Shown: one piece after another, positions 12,133 through 29,481 of the stretch
How the letters are laid out: the number at the start of each line of letters is the position of its first letter
Numbering within the stretch: the stretch's first letter is position 1
Assembly: GCA_050084515.1 (NCBI GenBank)
Contig: CM114271.1
Span: 45,942,001 to 46,006,000 of the forward strand
Direction of reading: 5' to 3'
Length of the DNA: 64,000 nucleotides
From: Blasia pusilla
Taxonomy: Eukaryota
Made by a program: the position numbers and the translations under genes
The notes under the pieces: model-generated
Told to the model about the DNA's origin: nothing
Databases searched by the model: none
Seen by the model: only the letters and a program-made list of their open reading frames with translations

Positions 12133-14452
12133 AAAATCACTTAAGATCATATAATATAAAATGGAGAGTATAAATAGAATATGTGGAGAATAGATTATGG
12201 GATTGGGCCATGTCAAGGATTTCAAATAGATATACATATAATCACTTGCTCAAGGTTTTTCATTTGGTGTCTCCTAGATTTGAGTCCCTTGAGGCTTAGG
12301 GTGAGTTTGATCTACACCTAGATAGAGTAGAGTAGGGAGGGAATGTTAGTGTATCTCCATCCCACTTTGGCAGGAATAAGGTATAGGTCTCCACCCCACT
12401 TCCTATACCTTACACATGTGGGTTAAAATATCATCAGCCTCTTCAAATATTTTTGCAAAATACCAACACTAAAAGAATTGGCAAGTCATTCGAAAATGTT
12501 GGGGATTTTCTCGTGTCCGATAATAGAAGACTCTCTGCCAAAATTTATCGTTTCTCCGCCATCATAGGATGTGTGAGAAGGAGGCAGGTTGGAGTGGCAG
12601 GGCAATGAGTTCCCATGGCGTGTTGAGTGGCGGGCTCTAATTGGATCAATTGATGCACGAGACGACAATTATTGGGGTCACAGTGGGGTTTCCTCTACTA
12701 TACAGTTACCAAAACCTCCCAAATTTATGGGACCCAATATAGGGAAGTAAAGTTTCTTAATACATGACCTTGTGGTAGAGATGCTCATATGACCCATTTT
12801 GTTACTTCTAAAACTATCCTAAATTAGACTTTTAGAGATTTTTTTGGGTAATTTTCTTTCTACCTTTGTACTAGTATTAACTCAAGAAGGGTTACTTAGT
12901 GAAGAAAGCTTCTTTTGAAAAAGTGGATTCTTTTTTCAAAAAGAAAATATAATGTGTCGTACAAACTCTTGTAGAAAGAACCTAAGATAAGGAACTAAGT
13001 TCCATATGACTAGCACGAGTACCTATTTGATGCATTAGCCTAAGTACGTACCTTCCATATTTTCCCAATTTATAACGCCATTAATTAAGATACTATATCA
13101 ATGCTAATAGCTTTTATCCACATCTCCTGGAGGCTCTTAGTTCCATTATCTCTAAAATTATACTTTGTGACTCCTTTAACCATGAGATGTTGGCAAGTAT
13201 TGAAACTCAAATATTAGTACAAATTTGCATGGATGCTAGAGGATGTTAAATCTTATAGAAACAAACGTCCATGCAAACATAATCTATCCTAATATTAACA
13301 AAAATGAACCTTCCATTTTTTAAGGGACCTTCCTTTTCAAGAAGGGCTTTACTTCTTTGCATCCTAAAAAAATAAACTCTCCTATTCATATAATGTGGAT
13401 TATGTATGAATAGAACACTAAGTAGTCACATATGATTTCAAATTGAAAGAAGGGAGATTATTGATGATGTATGAATATTTTATAGAAAGCAAAACCTCAT
13501 GATGTAATGATCAAGTATCATTCACCCTTCATAAATTTGGGAATATTTGTTAAAAAATTATGCATACTTACTATATTTACTAGTATGCAAGCACACAAAC
13601 TAGGGCGCTAAATCTAAGGATTCATTTCTATGTACTAAATGATGAGCAAATTATATGAAATTCATTTTTTTACTATTGGAAGAATCCCCAACACATGCTA
13701 GAGACCCTCAACCCACCCTAAACAACACATCACCTCACATCCCACTAAGGACGAAAAGTAATATGTCTCGTTTTGTTTGTTACTATCCAGTGGGGCATGC
13801 AAAGTCAATTTATGGACAAATTCTAGATGCATAAGAACCTCAAGATTTGTGGTCTTGGTCCCATATTCAATTCGTTCATTAAAGGGATATGAACACCTTT
13901 ACTACATTTAATACCAATAGGGATTACTTAATGCTATAAGCATCTCTATAAGAGAATCGCGGTTTTCTCTATAAAGAAAAGGGGATTAAATTATATTTAT
14001 ATTTTATAGAATATTTTTGTTTAAATGATTTTATCTTCTTGGAAATGAAGAGCTAAATAATTGTTCAAGAGTGGAACATAAATATCAAGTTTAAATAATA
14101 AACATGTGCAAATGGTACGTAAGTGCCTCACCTGTGCATACTTCATATGAGAATTAATTATGAATGAATCCAACGAACGATACATATTACCTTATTTATA
14201 AGATATAGGTTTGTACACATGCATCGTCAATAGTAGTATTGATTATAAAATAAATCCAAAAAAAGATACATATTATCTTATTATAAGATGATATTTATAA
14301 GTTTGTATAGTGCAATGGAAAACTTTACCATTGTGTGTGTTCATCAATAGATATCCTAGAATTTTTGTTCAAGGGTCCCACCTATCAAGACTTGACTTCC
14401 TATCCTAGAATCTAACTTCCCCATCAAGTAAAGGCATTTGTCTAGCAAGTTC

Positions 14453-14540
14453 CATGGTTGCACAAAAACTAACAAGTCTATCCCTAGGACGGATAAGTCT
14501 GGAGATGTCCACGGACATGGATTGCAAGAGGTGGGACCCA
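14453..14540 (+). mobile_element. Left terminus of the hAT-type family
   Basis: CATGGTTGCAC..CCCTAGGACGGA..CCACGGACATGG, similar to 47094 and 29482. Confidence 0.55.
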
Positions 14541-14654
14541 CACTTCTAGTTTAGCGGCTCCAAATTCACCTCCACTCCAACTTCATGAATCTACTCTAAC
14601 ATATATAAATTTACTAATATAATTGTCAACAAAATTGTGGGCATGAGTAGCTTG

Positions 14655-15765
14655 GGCACCTGAACATTTACAAGATTTACCAATAATATGTACACACTTG
14701 TGTGGATAAATAAGCATCACTTTCCCACACACAATTTGTGTGGATAATTTTTTTTTTGGATATTTTTTCAAAGACTTCATAAGCATAAGGTGTTGATTTT
14801 TTTGGTATGCTTCACTTGTTATAGGGAAATTTTTTTCCCTTCCCCACCTTGTAATGCTCTCGTGTTTTGTTTATAGTATAGATGAAAAATCAAAGAATCA
14901 TGGGAAGAAGTTTAAACATGTTCCCAACCCGGACTGATATGATGCTAAAATTTAAGAAACCGTATATTGGGGGGATTACTTAAACCATATATTAGGCGGA
15001 TAACTAGCAAGGGGACCTAAACATTTACAAGAGTTATCAATGATACATGCGCACTTGTGTGGATGGAATAAGCCTCACTTTCCCACATGAAATTTGTTTG
15101 GATAAAAAGGTCTGTGTGAGGACATTAGAGGGTGTCATTTTACCGGCTATCCGGAATCGCCCAGATTCGGGGGGCTGGCCCGGAAAGCCATCCGGGCTAC
15201 TTTTGGAAGAGGAGGAGGTGGGAGCTTTACAACATCCCATATACTTATGCATGTCACATGTGGCAATCCTAATTCCATGGGGGATACTCGGGAAAAAATC
15301 AAAACGGATAGGAAAGACACTGCACGGGAGCGCCAAAGCGGGGAGCTCAAGATCTGTCGAGTCTCCGTATAGAGAGTTATGGGGAAACCTAAAACCTGGA
15401 TAGCCGATTAAATTACACCCCCTATTCTATTGAATGATATGAACATTGGCCGTGTGAGATTATTTTTTCAAAACCTTCACAAGGTTTCGATTTGTTATGC
15501 TTTACTTCTTGTAGAGAAAATGATTTTTTCTCTTCCTCATCTAGATAATGCTCCCGTGTCTCGTTAATATTCTTAGTTAAATTGAAGAATTCTGGGAAGA
15601 AGTTGAAATATATTCCCAATGAGAATAATATATAGTACATAGAAAATAGGATGGGAAACCCATCACGATACAAATGAGAGGGCATAGAGAAAAAAAAATT
15701 CAAAGGACCGAAACCGGACAGATATGATGCTATAATTTAAGAAAACGTATCTAAGGGGGAGGTAC
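14655..15765. repeat. Old tandem duplication (~356-bp unit); second copy interrupted by a MITE
   Basis: ACCT(G/A)AACATTTACAAGA at 14659 and 15015. GATATGATGCTA(A/T)AATTTAAGAAA at ~14936 and ~15721. Confidence 0.8.
15126..15424. mobile_element. MITE with ~28-bp imperfect TIRs
   Basis: TAGAGGGTGTCATTTTACCGGCTATCCGG versus the reverse complement of the right end, TAGGGGGTGTAATTTAATCGGCTATCCAGG. It is absent from the first copy of the surrounding duplication. No clear TSD. Confidence 0.7.
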
Positions 15766-18269
15766 TTGATTAAAGAACCACGTGTGAGGGGGAATTATTT
15801 AGGGAAGAAACGGTAGAGGACTCCATTGATTGCAGTTGGGATGGAGGGGGAGGTAGGAGGCCACAATATTAGGCGATTATCTCCTGATGGTGAAAAGTTA
15901 GAGGGCCTGTGGCTGTAGCCAGCGATCACGGGTATTGGAACCGCTTCAAGTTCTTTATTTATTATGCGAAAAAATATAACATCTAATCTAAATCTAAGCG
16001 CATTGACCTAATCTCACGCAGAAGCCAGTAAGTAAAGCCACAGTTCATCATTACGAAAGGCCTAAGATGATGCCTTTTTCATCCGTGTAAACATGGGCGA
16101 GATATTTGGGTACAAAATATTAGTGAAGATATTAATGCACAATTAGAGCGATAAGTTGATTGCGAATGAAATCATTTGTGAACGAGGTTATGCTTAATCA
16201 TCATTACTACTTATTTCATCGTGCTATCCAAGAAGGATCCCAAAATGTCGGTCATATTTTGATTGTTCTCTATAATTTGTGATTGTAATTCGTTTGAGTG
16301 AAAGACGCTTGAACTCTTGGTAAACGTTGAGTTATGTGTGTCGTCGTCGTCGAGTGGTGGTGATATGTACGTATTTTAACATATCTTTTTTATTTATTTA
16401 GACCGTACAGATACATCTCTTGGAAATAGGGCCTTCCACAATTGTCGAGAAACCTCTACAGCGTAATTTATAATGAATTTTCTTTTTGGCCTTCAATTAT
16501 ATAGCTCATTAAATGTGTCATGTGTCGAACATCAATACACAACCATTGAAGGGTGTGGGTATTTACTACGCCCTCATAAAAGGATAAAATGAATGCTGCT
16601 GTACTGCATGTTCTTATCTATCTGTCCAGTCATCTGGTGCACTAGCGTGACAAGTCCTGTCAGCTTCACCTAAACTTTCCACTTAACAACTTAAGAAGTC
16701 ACTCACTATTTGACAAGCTGGTTTAGGGAGTGTTGATTGGATGCGATGAGACGATGTTAAGAATCCACCGCACTTTACCGCAAAAGGATAAAGGATGTCT
16801 ACGTTTAAGTAGATCTATTACGATGCCTAATTCTCGTTAATGATGACCTCGTGACAGAAGTACTGAGTATTAATAACGATTCATAGGGAGATTAGCTAGG
16901 ACAGCAGGAGTGTTTATTTAGGACTATCATTCGCACATCTGCTAAAACTAAAATAAAACCAATTGAGCAGTGGAGCTTAATCTGGGGCACATTATTATTA
17001 TTAGGTCGGATGGATGTGTATTAACTGCAGCGTCTCTACTTAATGCGACCATTAGCGGCAGACTTTACTTCCATTCCCGTCCGATGGACGTCTCGTCCTC
17101 GTCAGATCTTCACGATCTTCCACCCTCGCAACCGCCAGCTGCCCTTCGGGCATTGGGCTTCTCAGCGCGCTCATTCCTCCTTTCCATATGTATGTTCTAT
17201 TCTCTCAGATCTGCGATCCTATTAATACCCGCTGTTCAATCATTTGCCGTTCACTTTTGGAATGGAAGCGATCGTGAAAGGACTTTTATTCGCCGGTCCG
17301 TTGGCTGTACCGTTGGGGTGCTCCTTTATTAACAGAAATTATATTTATTATTTCGCGTTTCAAAAGAATTTCACCTCCCGTCGTCTTTCTCTTACTCTCG
17401 CGAGTTAAAATCTGCTTTGGCAGGGAATCTTACTACGAGAGACCCATCAAGTCGACCTTAATAATCAATTGGTTCCTCTTTCCTCTTAAGACGTCCGCCT
17501 ACCGATAAACTCTGTCTTAACACCTGCCGTAATTGCGGGCTAAATGTACTGTAAGCACGGAAAAATATTGTGTTAAGAGAATAAAACAAAATTAATTAGC
17601 ATAACATCATTTATGTGTCCAACTTGGAAAACGCAGTCCATGTAAAACTATAATTGTTATTTCCTAAGTTGTTTTCTCAGAATATCTTTAAAAAATATCC
17701 GTATAAATTTAATGTTCTTATTTATTATATATGTTATTATGAGAGAACGCATGTGGAACTAAAAGGAAAAGGAATTATTTTTAAAAGAAGAAAAAAATCC
17801 GCTTTGGCACAACCAGAGGTGTCTTAAAGAACAATAGTTTCCGGGGGTCTTTTCGACGCTTTAAGTAACAATAATTTAAGTGGGCACCTTTTAAGCAGTT
17901 TCTTATTCCTATTTAAAATGATATAATTAAGTGGATACCTCATTTAAAATGATAACATAGGTTTGGCAGGATTTCAAAATCTTTAGGAGATACTTTTCTT
18001 TGGTTTTTTAATGAAACAACGGGGGTGATGCGTGATGATTGCAGTTTACAAGGCAATTGATTTTACCAATGAAGTTGAATAAGAATAAAATAATAGATAA
18101 GTTGGTTTAAAAATTTACAAGATATGTTCATTTCATTCATGTAATTAAAATATTATTTTTCAAATTTTACTTTCGGATCAATTTAAATGGCATCTATTTA
18201 TTATTAGTTAAGAGATGGAAGAGTATTGTGTGAGGAAAGTTCCTTCTAAGAGATTTTCAAACAAGTGAA

Positions 18270-18960
18270 ATTGTGATTCAAGGGAAATGTTGTTATGTTG
18301 TGGGTGAGAGGATAGCAACTCATGATGTGGTGCGGGATATCATGATCAGTATTCTTCGAGAGAGTGGTTTCCATCTGCACAGATAGCAATACGACTTCAT
18401 GCGGGATTCCCTTATTCGCGCAGATCTTCATACGACATCAGTGGCTGAGGTGGTGGTGGCAGATGTTGTAATAACGAATCCTACGAGAGAGGCTGTGCCA
18501 GCCCAAGTGGTGGCACAAGGGAGATTGCTACAAGGAGTAGAGGCGGTGAAGAAGACCCATATCTATAGTCGACTTTATGATGGAAATCGATTCGTTCCCC
18601 TAGCCACAAAGATGTATGGGGCTATGGGGAAGAGATTTGACTCCCTCCTTACGGATTGCGCTCATCATCTCCAGTCAAGGAATGGATTGTCCTTAGATAC
18701 TGCGATTTTTTATTGTAGGCAACAAGTCTCCATAGCTTTGCAGCGTGCCTAAACTAATAGGCTTTTGTCGTGGGCTCAGACTGTGGGAGACTCTGGCGCT
18801 AGAGGCCCACTTAGTAGTAGTCATAGCTCTCGAGGTGTTACTGATATTGTCTATACTGTTGGTGATTTTAGTCAATAGGGGGGAAAGACCCTTTTTTTTC
18901 AAGGCCAGTTTTGGCCTTCCGATACACAATTCTTAAAGTCGCCCTCTTTTGTACTTCCAA
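18270..18960 (+). mobile_element. 3' fragment of a divergent CRE-like element (RLE domain)
   Basis: GERIATHDVVRD, RADL..VVVADVVITNPTR, RFVPLATKMYG and RQQVSIALQRA parallel the RLE at 8964-9650. Confidence 0.8.
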
Positions 18961-21759
18961 TGGGTTTTCCATCACCGGTTTTTATAAAGGTTCATCATTT
19001 CTTCTAAATTGAAGGGAAAACATAAGATCTCATATTATTCTCTTTGGACAGTATATTAAATGAATCACAAAATCACATATGACTATGGAATAATTTATAA
19101 TCTCATTTTATAAATGAATAAAATTAGTTATTAAATTTTCATTATTCTAAAAATGAAGTATAATAATGGAAAGATGAGATCTCCATCCTTGTAGAAAAGG
19201 GGGAGATTTTTAAAGTTTTTTGTTATTAAGAATTGGAGAATGCATTATATAAAAAAACCTAATATGTGTAAATTGAGCCTTAGTGATGTTCTTTTAAATA
19301 AAGTTCGATATTATTATCCAAATATTTTTTTTCTAAAATAAGTTAAATTTTAAATCTCTTATTCAAAACTTTCAAAACAATATTAGCCATTAAGGTATAT
19401 ATGGTTTTATATGAAAGATAAACCTAAGAATTCCATTTAATGTATTTAATTGCAAAAATAAAATGGAATTAAATTCAAATCTCATTATAAGTAATTAAGT
19501 CCCATAATAGAATAATTATGTCTTTAAATTTCTTTTTTTTGTTGGAATATTTTAAAATAAAATCATATACTATCATTATAAAATAGAGAGTTATCTCTAT
19601 ATAAATCTAACTTATGTTAATGAGATGATAATGTGTTGCATAAGCATTCTTTGTACCTTATTGGTATGTCATATGATGAAACGTTATCGAATATAGAGGG
19701 AAATTTATAAATTTTTCATGAAGGAATTCATATTTTGAAGGACATAAGTCATGATCTAATGAATCAATATTTATCTATTGAGTTTTACGGATAGTCATAT
19801 GTGGATAATATTTTGTTTCCCACACTTGCCCTAGTGTTTCATACTCTCTCATTTCTTGCTCTCTCCACCTCTATTCCCTCCCCCCTTATTGCCCCACTTG
19901 CCCTTGCCCTTGCCATATGTTCCATCATCATTGTAGCCTCCATATTGCTATAATAATTGAAGGAAAGTTCATATCAAAATTTTACCAAGATCTCAAGAAT
20001 CCAATGCCCATTTTTTTCTTTCAGCTACTGTAGATTCTGTGAATCAAATCACTATGTTTCCCTTGCCTTCTTTTTTCAAAATATCTTAGCATGGCTATCG
20101 ATAGAATAAATTGGTTAGTGTTAGAGACTTTTGCCTTGATAATTGCAAATATTGAATTTGAGGAATTCAACATTTGCGAGCGAAAAAGATATGAGTGAAC
20201 GATAATAGTGAAGAAGAAAAAGGAAAAAGGATGAGTAGAAATGGCAATGAGTATAGAGTGAGTGACCGACCTTAAAGAAAGGAAATGATGTGTTACCTTA
20301 GAGATGATGCACTAAAAAAAATCTAAGTTCCCACAATGGCGAGTGTCTATCTCGGACTAGGGTAACTAATATTAGTCACCATGGTATGGTAGTGCTGGAG
20401 GATCACAACAACCTCCTTGGATACATGTTGACTTAATCCTTCTCATTGAAACACCTTAATGTTATAGAATTGCATGTAATTAATCATGAGATGTGGAACT
20501 TGTCTTGAAGATTGGGGCAGGATATCTATTAACAAATCCTCCACCACCACATCTAACCCCTACACGTGAGAAGCCATGACCTCATCTTTCTAGTAGGACA
20601 GGCCAAGTCCAACAGATGATGCGACAATTCAAGTGGTATTTGTGCAGGTTGGAGTTATATTGTTTCTAAAGTTTCACTAATCATGCAAATGCCTCGTATC
20701 TCTTGGTACATGATACGAATTTCAATAAATCTCAAGATTTCCAAAGTTTTTGAATTGTATGTTACTTATGATCCTCATTTTGTATAACCATTTTCTATAG
20801 GAAAAAGACAAAGTAGGATCAAGCATGACTTATGGACACGCGATGTCTTTGCTCCCATGTTTCCCCTCCAATGGGTATGTTGTGCAGACCCCTAATGATT
20901 CCCTACGCATGTGGGAGTTCGGTATCACTTGCTATGCTAGTGGTTTACATATGATGGAGTTACATGTTTTTTTACGCAATTCCTTTCTAGGTCCTTTTGT
21001 TCTCATATGAGTACCCTTTTAGATGGATTGGGGACCTCACGTGGAGATGGTACCAAAGATCCAAATCAATAATTCATAAAGTCAATGAAGGGGAAATTTT
21101 CGTCACAAAGTGAAGAAGATATCAGTGTTTTTAGCGTGTTGTAAAGGAGTGTTGGATTTTTGTTTTGATGGTTTTCATTCACTAGCTTGTACTCTGTATA
21201 TTCATGAAGATCATTTGAAAATTTAGGATTACATTTTTTGTATCATGTTTAATATAAAACCCGTGGTTTCCTTGAGGAGGAAAAGTTCCACAAATAGTGG
21301 CAATGGGGCCACCATGAGGAATCCATGTAAGTATCCTATTTTCAGGAAGGCAAAGCTAATTTATGAGGTTACACTAGTGAATGAGCAAGGAAGTGAAATA
21401 CAGTCTAGAGATTACAAGAAACAAACCAAGGTAAAGCCTAAACATGTAGGTTGGTTCATTCTGCTTCCATGTTACTACATATAACTAATAATGGGTTTTT
21501 GGACAACTACTTGATGGTGTAAGACTCGTGAAAATCTCACACACGGTCTTCCACAATGGTACAATGTAGCATAGCTCAAGTGTTGAATTTTTCACCTTCT
21601 CTTTCAAAGCATGGATTGTTGTTGACTCACCAAAAAATTTTGTTTCTTGTTAACATCTACGCATTGGTGATCATGTACACCTCACTAAGCCAAAGTTGAA
21701 TAGGATGGTGCTCGGCACAAGGGTTCTATCACGATTTGGAGGAAGAGCAAAGCTTCTAC

Positions 21760-21804
21760 TTGCACCATACCTAGTGGAAAGAAATCCCACTAGGTATGGT
21801 GCAA
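21760..21804. repeat. Perfect 18-bp inverted repeat with 9-nt loop
   Basis: TTGCACCATACCTAGTGG-aaagaaatc-CCACTAGGTATGGTGCAA. Confidence 0.95.
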
Positions 21805-22419
21805 AGGGTTGAGTGAAGTCATTGATCCAACATGTGAATTATGGACACCTCACCTAGACGATGATCCACCTCAAGAGACTCTTGGCGATGCAATAGGTTG
21901 TAGCATGATCTAGGCGGAAATGCACATAAGGAAGGTTATCAATTAGACCTTTCTATGAACAAAATTTAACTCTTGAGATAGAAAGTTATTCTCATATTTT
22001 GTTCAACATGTTACTATTGTTCATTTTACATTGGATTTACAAAGTATCACAAGTTTCTTAGGCCTACTATTTTTGCTTCTTGTTTGATAGATTAGATTGC
22101 AGAATTTTGAAGCAGCTCTTTTCATGTGACAAGGTTTTTTGCAAGTCATTGATTTGACCTAGATCTCATTTTTATTTCTTATTCCTTGTGCTTTTAGTAG
22201 GCGTAACAATTTTTTTTTCATATTGAGTAACATTAGATCGCAATTGTTGGATTGATTGTGACACAAATCTATGCACATTGATTTATGTGTTGCACCTATG
22301 GCTTGCATAAAATTCTTCTCCAACAAGATCTTTGTGCCACATATTTCTTACCAAAAAATAATGGTTATAACAACCACAAATCTCTTGCATTTTGAAAACC
22401 TATCAGTTATGTATATGTA

Positions 22420-23240
22420 GTCGTGATAAAATGACTTTCTGAGTCACTATTACTTTTAGATATAATGAGATCTTGATCATTACTAAATGACTAAGACAAG
22501 AAGTAACCAGGGAAGTTATCACTTCCCTAGTCATTCTTAAATTATCTCACAAAGCATTAAAAAAATCAAATAAATACCCAATTAATCATCATATAATGAC
22601 AACACTAGTCATCTAGTCATTATTTCCTTAATCTTTGTTTTACCACTAAAGTCATTTATTCACTACTTCTTGAGTCATATTTTATGACATTGAGTCATGT
22701 GTGAGAAGCAATAACTAGCAAAGTGACTACCCATATACACTCTTTCACGACAGGTCATACTAGAAAAACTAGTGCAGTCATCTATAACCCCTTTCAATTG
22801 ATAGTTCCTCCATGTGTCTATTTTTCATTGGATAAAATGGGCGTATTTCCATGTGTTTATATAAAATAATTAGGCTAGTGATTGCATGATACAGGGCATA
22901 ATGACAATACCATTTTTTTGGTCTTTTAGTCCACATCATAAGCTGATATGTCATGATTTATTCCATGTAACCTGTTGACATGGAGCTATTCACTATTGAC
23001 ACATCATCCACGTGATGTGTTAATCAATTTTACAAGTCATCTTCATGACGTGGTAGTTATTACTATATGACTCAATCATTGGATCATTTCATATTCCACG
23101 TCAGCAAACTATTATAGTCATGCATGTCATTTAGAACATATGATTCGGCCTTCATGATTTTGCTAGTCATTAGTCATTAATAATCATTGTTCATGATAAA
23201 CGACTAATCCTAGTCATAAGAAATTCATTTTCTTCTAGTG
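22420..23240. mobile_element. CACTA (En/Spm)-type terminus with subterminal repeats
   Basis: Ends in TTTTCTTCTAGTG (reverse complement CACTAGAAGAAAA) and is preceded by many AGTCAT/ATGACT motifs in both orientations. The other end was not found. Confidence 0.65.
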
Positions 23241-23849
23241 ATCTTATCCAAATAATTCCATCTAACATTTACATAAGCATCATTGACAACGAGGATGTAT
23301 ATTTCATAGTTCAAATTCTTTACAATCATTCGTATAGCGTACATAGATTTATGTGGCTATGCTAAAAGGAATATTCTTAGCCTCTCCTATCAACTTTGGT
23401 ACTATATGCCCAACATGTTTTTTTTGTTCATGGGTCGAATATATGTAAGGCAGGACTAAGCATTCATCATCCCACAAGGCATCTTTCCAATCTCCAACCC
23501 ATATGAATGGCTCAAAATTGGATCAAAAAATGGATGAAAATGTTCCTAGCATGAAAATCGATATGAAGAACTCCACGTTTGTGGACTTTCTTTATGTTAA
23601 AAAGAAGGAAACCCACAAATTGGATGATATTTGATGCTATCATGTGACATTTGATCTTCTAGAACTCTCTTTTAACTCGCCCTTCCGTTCTTCAAGGTAT
23701 GGCTTGCTTCCATCCAATTTTCAAGGAGTTTGTCATTTCAGTATGGATAGATGGCACGTAGTGGATCCTCTACCAACCTTCCCATCATGGGAACTATTCC
23801 TCAATGTAAAAAGAAAGATGTTTGCTTTTGTTTTACATTGAGGAAAATG

Positions 23850-24002
23850 TTGGGCAGTGGTGCAGGCTAGCCGAGCCCATGTGTACTTTGTAGGCATGGC
23901 AAGCTTGAGTGCGATCCTCGAGCATTCAACCCTATACGGATATGTCCGTCCTTGGAACAAATGTAAGTCCGCAAACATGAACTTTATCTATGTGCAACCT
24001 TT
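23850..24002 (+). mobile_element. Right terminus of the hAT-type family
   Basis: AAGTCCGCAAACATGAACTTTATCTATGTGCAACCTT resembles 6310-6364. Confidence 0.55.
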
Positions 24003-25899
24003 TCTTCGCCCCCCCCCTCGTGCTTATAAGATATATGTAAGAAAATAAGGAAATAATGTTTAACACTTTTACAACATGGAAGCTATTCATAATATGATGG
24101 AGATATGTATGATGAATGATGTTGAAAGTATACATTCAATAAGAAAAAAATATTTATAGATAGGATAAAACTAATATAATAAAAGGTAAGATTGGAAAAT
24201 TATAAGAAATGAGTAATACATGTGTAGAAAAAAGAAAGAAAGAGTTGATCTACATTGATGAAATTAAATGCAATAAATATGGTTTTATTGGGATCATAAA
24301 TATTGTAGTAGTATAGGTATGTTCATGATTTTTTTGTTTTTATTTTTATTACTAATGGTGTATATAAGACAATCTTCTTTAATCTATAAAAATTAATGTA
24401 AGGAGAATTTTTCCAATATTTTAAATAATATTTGGGTATAGTGGAATGTGCATTTGCATATTCATTGCATTTTCAAAATCTATATGCAATAAAAAATAAG
24501 TTTGCATGCTCCTGAAGCATGAATTTTGCGGAAGCAAAAATGTATGTGTATTTAAATATGTGTTATTCTTTAAATTATGATCATCATTATATGTTTTATC
24601 ATAGAGTGATGATTTCCCAATCACAAGAACTCCATACCATTATGAACATCAACAACTCATGGTAGGTGGAAGTAAATATCACAAATTTGAAATAACCATT
24701 TGTTTACACCAAGAAATGTACATATAAGTTATTTAGGCTATATAGGAATAGTGTTGTATTATCAAGACTTGGTAATTTGTGTAGAGAAAAAGGAGCGAAG
24801 TTTCATTGTTCATATGTAATATATGAGCCATAAGGAATTTGACGTGAGATATATATTATTTTTAATATTAATATTTCTTATTTAGATGATAGTTTTGAGA
24901 TAATTAATACATGCTTTAACTACGACATTGAAATAATCAATGATTGTAGTTGTTGTTCACATGATTATATCAATCATATTTAATTACTGCGTCCAATCGT
25001 GGTTGCCGATTTGAGTTTTTGCATTGATTGTTTTAGTCATATACGTAACTTCATCAATCATTGTTTATTATTTCACAAGAGATAGTTAATTACTGCACCA
25101 TATAGTGTTGGCCAACCTCATTTATTACTTACGTCCAATTAGATAACTTATGTGAGTCCAAAGTTAGGGACTCTTTGTTCTTGTCTTAGCATGACTGAAG
25201 ATAAATCTATAATCAAATAACACGAAGGTAGATAAGATTTGAGACATAAGATCGATTTGAAAATATCCCTTTTGGAAAAATATTTGTTTACTGCATATAA
25301 ATCTTGAACCAATAATCAAAATAATCATATCATTATCAAGTTTATACTACCACAATATACAAGATTCAAGATTTACTATAGTCACATTTTGTAAAACATG
25401 AAAAATCCGCTAGTACAAACGAGTAAAGATGGTTTCCAAAATATAAATCAAGTCATTGATATATGGTTAGAAAATTTGAAAGCCACAAATAATATAAATC
25501 CTAATGCACGAGCTTCTTCAAATTCAACGATGGTCAGATGATCGAAGTTGCAAGCGTATCTACAAGTGTGAGTTGAGCAGGTTTATCCATTATATTATAC
25601 TCCCATACTTGATAATCAAGTTGCGTCGTATCATTTTTAACCAAACCAAGTCCAATGTCCTTTCCATGAAACTTGTCATGCCTACTCAAGCCTGAAACTA
25701 CTTCATGACCCATAACATTTTGGTTGAGTTGTGTAAGATATGCATCATCTCCCAATTTCAATTGTATGCGTGGCATTTCAATTAGGAAGTTAATTGTTAG
25801 CATAGCAATACTATACAAATTGATAAGCTAAAATATTCTCAATATCTTTGAGAAGGTCATTACCTAAGTGAAGGCCTACAAAATGAAAAGTATGCTTCT

Positions 25900-28649
<2,750 letters not shown>

Positions 28650-29076
28650 TAACCTTCTTTGCAGCCTCACAATTGTAAAGAATTTTTCGTTTGCGGCCTC
28701 TCTAATCCATAAGCTTCCAATTTTGTTCTCTCTCACACTCACATGGCCTGTCAATTAGAGCAACAATCTCTCAATCTCTTCCTCTCTTGTATTTGAAGCC
28801 TATCAAATCCGTCCACTCTGTGTATTTGTAGGATTTTAATCTCCTCTATTGTGTTCCCTCTCAACGTCTTCCTCTCTTGTGTTTATTTGGGCAACCTCTT
28901 AATCTTGACCTCTTTGTCTCCCTTGCGCTCTTGCTTTGTCAAGGTCTTTGCACCTACCTTTGAGAGTCCTTTCACGCCTTATAATGTTACCAAGTCTCTC
29001 TCACATCCAGACATCAAAACCCTTGGAAATATTTTGCAAGATAAAATAGAACAAGAAGAAGAATCTCCCAAGGCAA

Positions 29077-29151
29077 GCTAATGTCGTAGCTCATCGACTA
29101 GGAGCTCGCACGCATCTTTAGGAGACTCGGGTTCGACACTGGCTAGGAGCA
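29077..29151 (+). other. tRNA-like / SINE-head remnant
   Basis: A-box-like GTAGCTCATCGACTAGGAGC and B-box GGTTCGACAC at tRNA-like spacing. The cloverleaf stems are poor. Confidence 0.35.
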
Positions 29152-29481
29152 GTCTTTACTATTATGATTTTCTTCTATTTTTTTAAGAGTTGAGACGCCA
29201 CAACCATATTGCAAATACTTTGCGTATGTTTCATACCATATACTTTCACAACTAATCTAGCAAGGTTAGTGTCTAATTTAAATTATTTTTAAAAGTTGCT
29301 TTTCCACTTTTGATGTATTTTTCATGAAGACTTTCTGATAATAATTTTATTCAAAAGATCAAATTTATTAATTTTCTATTATATTTTTGTATAGGATTTT
29401 CTTAAATAAAACGTATGGTTTGATTATTTGGGATCCATCTTCAATTGCATTGATTATTGTTTCAATTAATTATTATTTACT

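Noticed and set aside
20300-21950. Possible LTR-retrotransposon remnant
   Set aside because: No diagnostic motif is readable.
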